Assembly (NCBI GenBank): GCA_037445715.1
Contig: JBBIJZ010000004.1
Span: 18,194-81,929, forward strand
DNA length: 63,736 bases
Reading direction: 5' to 3'
Source of the DNA: Verrucomicrobiales bacterium
GTDB taxonomy: Bacteria; Verrucomicrobiota; Verrucomicrobiia; Limisphaerales; J093
The translations under genes and the position numbers were made by a program. Numbering within the stretch: the first letter of the stretch is position 1; each line of letters opens with the position of its first letter. Shown piece after piece: positions 60,805-63,736 of this stretch. The notes under the pieces are model-generated. The model saw nothing but the letters and a program-made list of their open reading frames with translations. It did no database searches and was not told the origin of the DNA.

Positions 60805-63104
60805 ATGCCCCGGTTCACCCAAACCGACCAGACCGGCCGCGCCGGCGTTCACCTGGTGGCGCGACTCTGTTCGCAGATGGGCGTGATCTGGCGGGAGACC
60901 AGCGCGTCCGACACCGGCTTCGACGGCGAGATCGAGCTGACCCGCGGTAACCACGCCACCGCCCAAATCATCAAGGTCCAGATCAAGGCGGGCCGATCCT
61001 ACCGCCGCAGTGAAACCGCGGACCGCTTCGTTTTCCTGGCCGACGCGGACCATTTCCGTTACTGGACCGAGGCCACCAACCCCGCCATCCTCATCGTTTG
61101 CGACCCCGAGGCCGACCTCGCCTGGTGGGAAGACCTGAAGACCTGCGCCGCGCTGCACCCGGACCTCCTCCAGACCGGCCGGAAGCAGGTCAGGATCACC
61201 TTCGACAAGCAGCGCGACCGCCTCACCGGGGACAGCGCCGCGGCCCTGCGCCAGGTGTGTGCTCCCACCCTCGAAAGCCTGCTCCGGCCCCCGGCGGACC
61301 CCGCCGCCCGGCCAGGAGTTGGACCTGCTCAAGGCCAGGCATCGCGTCACCCGTCTCGTCGGCCGCGACTCCGACCTGGCCGACCTTTGGAAATGGCTCA
61401 CATCGCGCGAGCCGATTTCCGCGCGGTTGTTGGTGGGCGGCGCCGGCGCCGGCAAGACCCGCCTGGCGATCGAACTGTTGCGGCGCGCGCAGGCGAAGCG
61501 GAAGAACTGGCGCGCCGGCTTCCTCACCCCCGAGGGGCGCGACCGGCTCCGGGCCGATGCGTCGCGGCGCCGGGCCGGTTCCGCCGCCCCGCTGGATTGG
61601 GTCTGGCACGTTCCCACCCTGCTGGTGGTGGATTATGCCCAAACCCTGGCCCGCCCGCTGGCCGCGCTGTTCCGCACCCTGTTCCGCCAATGTCGGGCCG
61701 GCCGGCCCCCGCTGCGACTGCTGTTGTTGGAACGCGTCGCCGGCGACTGGTTCGAGGACCTGCTTCGGACGGAGGACAGCGACGGCCCCGGCCCCGTCCG
61801 CCTCCTGTTCCACCCGCCCCGGCCGGTCGAGCTGACGCCAATCCCGCCGGGGCCGCTGCGCCGCCAACTGCTGGCCGACACCCTCGCCCAAGCGGCCCAC
61901 CTCGGCAGGACGCCCCCGCCAGCGTTGCCCCCTGAAACCGACGCCGCCTTCAGCGAGTCGCTCCACCGCGCGGACTTTGCGAACCCGCTCAACCTCATGT
62001 TGGCCGCGCTGGCCGCCCCGGAGAGCGGGCTGACGGCCGCCCTGCGGCGGGAGCGGGTGGATCTGGCCGTGGACCTCGCCCGCAAGGAAGTCCGCCGCCT
62101 GGCCCGGTTCGCGCCCGTGGCCGATGACCCGGCCCGGCAACGCATCCTCGAACACCTGGCCGGCTGCGCGACCCTCGAGCACGGCTTCACCGTTGCGGAA
62201 CTGCGGCGGGCCCTCGAGGAGGAACTGCCGGCTCTGGGCCTGGCATGGCCAGGTGGAACGGGTGACCTCGAAGCCGTACTCAAGCAGGCCCTGCCCGGCG
62301 AATTCCTGCCCGTGGCACCGGTCGAGCCGGACTTCATCGGCGAGGCGCTGGTCTTGACTGCGCTGGCCCGTCCCGACTGCCCCGCCGGACCGCAGCGTTG
62401 GACCAGTTGGTGCGCCACGGTGGAGCGCTGCGCCGGCCGTGACCCCCTGGCCACACCCGCCACGGTGCTGCACGCCTTCCAAAACTACGGCGGTCACTCC
62501 GAATACGGTGACGCCCTGCTGGCGGCCACCGACCGCCTCATCCAGACCGGCCTGAACGATCGGGACCCCACCCTGCTGATGGGCATCGAGCAAGCCCTCC
62601 CGGAATCAACCCTCACCCTTCGCGCCCGGGCGGCGGAGATTACCCGGACGCTCTACCGGCGGTTCAAGGGGGCATACGCTGCGGGTCAAAAAGTACTCAA
62701 GCCCGAGGTTGCCCGACTGGCCAGTAATCTGGCGATAGTGGTTGAGCGACCTGGGCCGGCCGGAGGAGGCCCTGGCTGCCGCCCAGGAGGCGGTGAAGAT
62801 TCGACGGGCGTTGGCCCGGCAGAACCCCAATCCGTTCTCACCTAAACTGGCCCGGTCCCTGGGCACGCTGGGTCATGTGTTCGAGAAGCTCGAACGTCCC
62901 GCAGACGCGTTGTCCTGCTTCCACGAAGGCATCCAGGTGCTGCGATCCCATTTCCTCGCGCTGCCGGAGGCCCATGCGCCGGTCATGGAGGTTTTGGTGA
63001 CTGACTACTTGCGGCTGACCAAGGCCCTCAGCCAGCCAAAGGACGAATCGTTGCTGGCACCCATCCTGGCGCGGTTGAAACGCCGGCAGCGGCGGAGCAA
63101 ATGA
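60805..63104 (+). pseudogene. frameshifted DUF4365 (PD-(D/E)xK-like)-STAND P-loop NTPase-TPR gene (antiviral STAND/NLR-like architecture)
   Basis: Three consecutive ORFs in three frames read through as one protein. Frame 1 (60805..~61300) has DUF4365-like motifs (GRAGVHLVARLCSQMGVIWRE...DTGFDGEIEL...IIKVQIKAG). Frame 2 (~61310..~62738) has Walker A GGAGAGKTRLA (61436..61459) and Walker B LLVVDY. Frame 0 (62742..63104) has TPRs (LSDLGRPEEALAAAQEAVKIRRALARQNP). Past each junction the old frame becomes Pro/Arg/Gly junk. Junction 1 lies in C-runs at 61288..61308 and junction 2 at 62736..62744. Confidence 0.65.
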
Positions 63105-63135
63105 TGCGGGGCGCGTTCCCGCGCTCCGACCCGGC

Positions 63136-63546
63136 TCAGGCGCCCCCGCCCAGGCTGTCCATGAACTGCCGGGGCTTTTGCATCAGCTCGATCTCGTAGC
63201 CCTCCGGGGCGTCAATGAAGGCGAAGCCGCTGCCGTCGGGTCGCAGCGTGGGACCGTCCGAGTACTTCAGACCGAACTTCTCGAGGTGCCGGGCGAAGGC
63301 CTCGAGGCTTTCGACCTCGAAGGCCAGGTGGGTGAGGTCCGGTTGCACCTGCACCGGCCCGCTGGCGGGGTAGCAGCACAGTTCGATCGTTTCCTCGCTC
63401 AGCGGGGCCTTCAGGAAAACCAGCTCGGAGCCGCGGGGGGATTTGTGGCGGCGGACTTCCTGGAGGCCGAGCACTTCCTTGTAAAAGCGCACGCTGCGTT
63501 CGAGGTCGTTCACGCGGTAGCGGGTGTGCAAGAGTCGGGTAACCAT
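63136..63546 (-). CDS. VOC-family protein (glyoxalase I / lactoylglutathione lyase-like)
   Basis: MVTRLLHTRYRVNDLERSVRFYKEVLGL..., ELCCYP, HLAFEV and PEGYEIELMQ form the typical glyoxalase I pattern. Start at ATG 63546. Confidence 0.85.
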   Translation of the reverse strand: MVTRLLHTRYRVNDLERSVRFYKEVLGLQEVRRHKSPRGSELVFLKAPLSEETIELCCYPASGPVQVQPDLTHLAFEVESLEAFARHLEKFGLKYSDGPTLRPDGSGFAFIDAPEGYEIELMQKPRQFMDSLGGGA

Positions 63547-63650
63547 GGCGCGCGCAAGGTAGGTCGGCGGCATCGTCCTGCCAAGTCCAACCCCGACGCC
63601 GGGTTGCCCCACGCCTGACAGGGGCGCCCGGGATGGTGGCGCCGCGGGCG

Positions 63651-63690
63651 CGCGGAGCGTTTGGAGTGCGCCAGCTTGCTGGCGCTTTCC
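63651..63690. repeat. REP-like element copy with hairpin GCGCCAGC-TT-GCTGGCGC
   Basis: Aligns to 56631..56668. The two stem differences (G->A and C->T) are compensatory and keep the 8-bp hairpin (63668..63685). The reverse strand translates to ...SKLAHSKR..., a repeat signature I recall from Verrucomicrobia/Planctomycetes intergenic regions. Confidence 0.5.
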
Positions 63691-63736
63691 GGGGGAAACG
63701 ACCGCACGGTAGCGCGGCCCTGCCGAATCCGGAGGT

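Noticed and set aside
60805-61935. Treating 60805..61935 (376 aa), 61259..62845 (528 aa) and 62742..63104 (120 aa) as three independent overlapping genes
   Set aside because: The first ORF's last ~210 aa and the second ORF's last ~35 aa are Pro/Arg/Gly junk and overlap the next ORF's well-formed sequence. Domain order (DUF4365, P-loop NTPase, TPR) is continuous across the junctions, so a frameshifted single gene is the more economical reading.
1-63736. Search for CRISPR arrays, rRNA genes, IS/transposase/integrase genes, prophage modules, toxin-antitoxin pairs and reverse transcriptases (DGR/retron)
   Set aside because: I saw no regularly spaced short repeats, no rRNA-like conserved stretches, and no DDE/tyrosine-recombinase/RT motifs in any credible ORF. 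The only long repeat is the 357-bp elaB duplication reported above.

Overview
63.7-kb, very GC-rich chromosomal segment (I estimate high-60s % GC by eye; not computed). The gene content suggests a PVC-type bacterium, probably Verrucomicrobiota-like: FG-GAP/Ig-domain giant surface proteins, many xylose-isomerase-like TIM-barrel genes, and an intergenic repeat whose reverse strand reads SKLAHSKR. This taxon call is inference only. I support about 48 CDS, one tRNA-Leu(CAA), one multiply frameshifted pseudogene, three terminator-like structures and several repeats. I saw no rRNA, CRISPR array, transposase or integrase. Housekeeping genes include aroC, hisF-hisI, trpE, smc, zwf, an M50 protease, an M29 aminopeptidase and a yqjD/yqjE/yqjK-like stress operon. 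All family calls come from motif recognition in the translated ORFs, with no HMM or BLAST run. In this GC range most long ORFs antisense to real genes are artefacts, and I rejected them. The observations most worth a second look are these. (1) A 357-bp near-perfect direct repeat, covering a whole elaB/yqjD-like gene, brackets a 5-kb giant FG-GAP/Ig/cohesin-dockerin adhesin gene. This makes a 5.57-kb unit that could be excised by recombination. (2) A DUF4365(PD-(D/E)xK-like)-STAND P-loop-TPR gene with antiviral-STAND/NLR-like architecture is split over three reading frames by two 1-nt frameshifts. (3) An 830-aa secreted protein is built from three tandem copies of an unrecognised ~175-aa module (LYNTGVDD...DPHY...DLTGFDP), each followed by an Ig domain or a C-terminal module. 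(4) Three secreted proteins share a ~70-aa C-terminal module ending in (F/Y)(Y/F)RL. (5) A standalone Ser/Thr-kinase-like gene has beta3 Lys->Arg, HRD->HLD and DFG->DFD. (6) An Nramp-fold transporter lacks the canonical metal-binding residues. (7) An A/T-richer 500-bp divergent intergenic island holds a minus-strand intrinsic terminator with no annotated gene to terminate, implying a hidden sRNA or micro-ORF. (8) A GT-C-like/TPR + GT4 + WecA-like cluster may be a protein glycosylation module.
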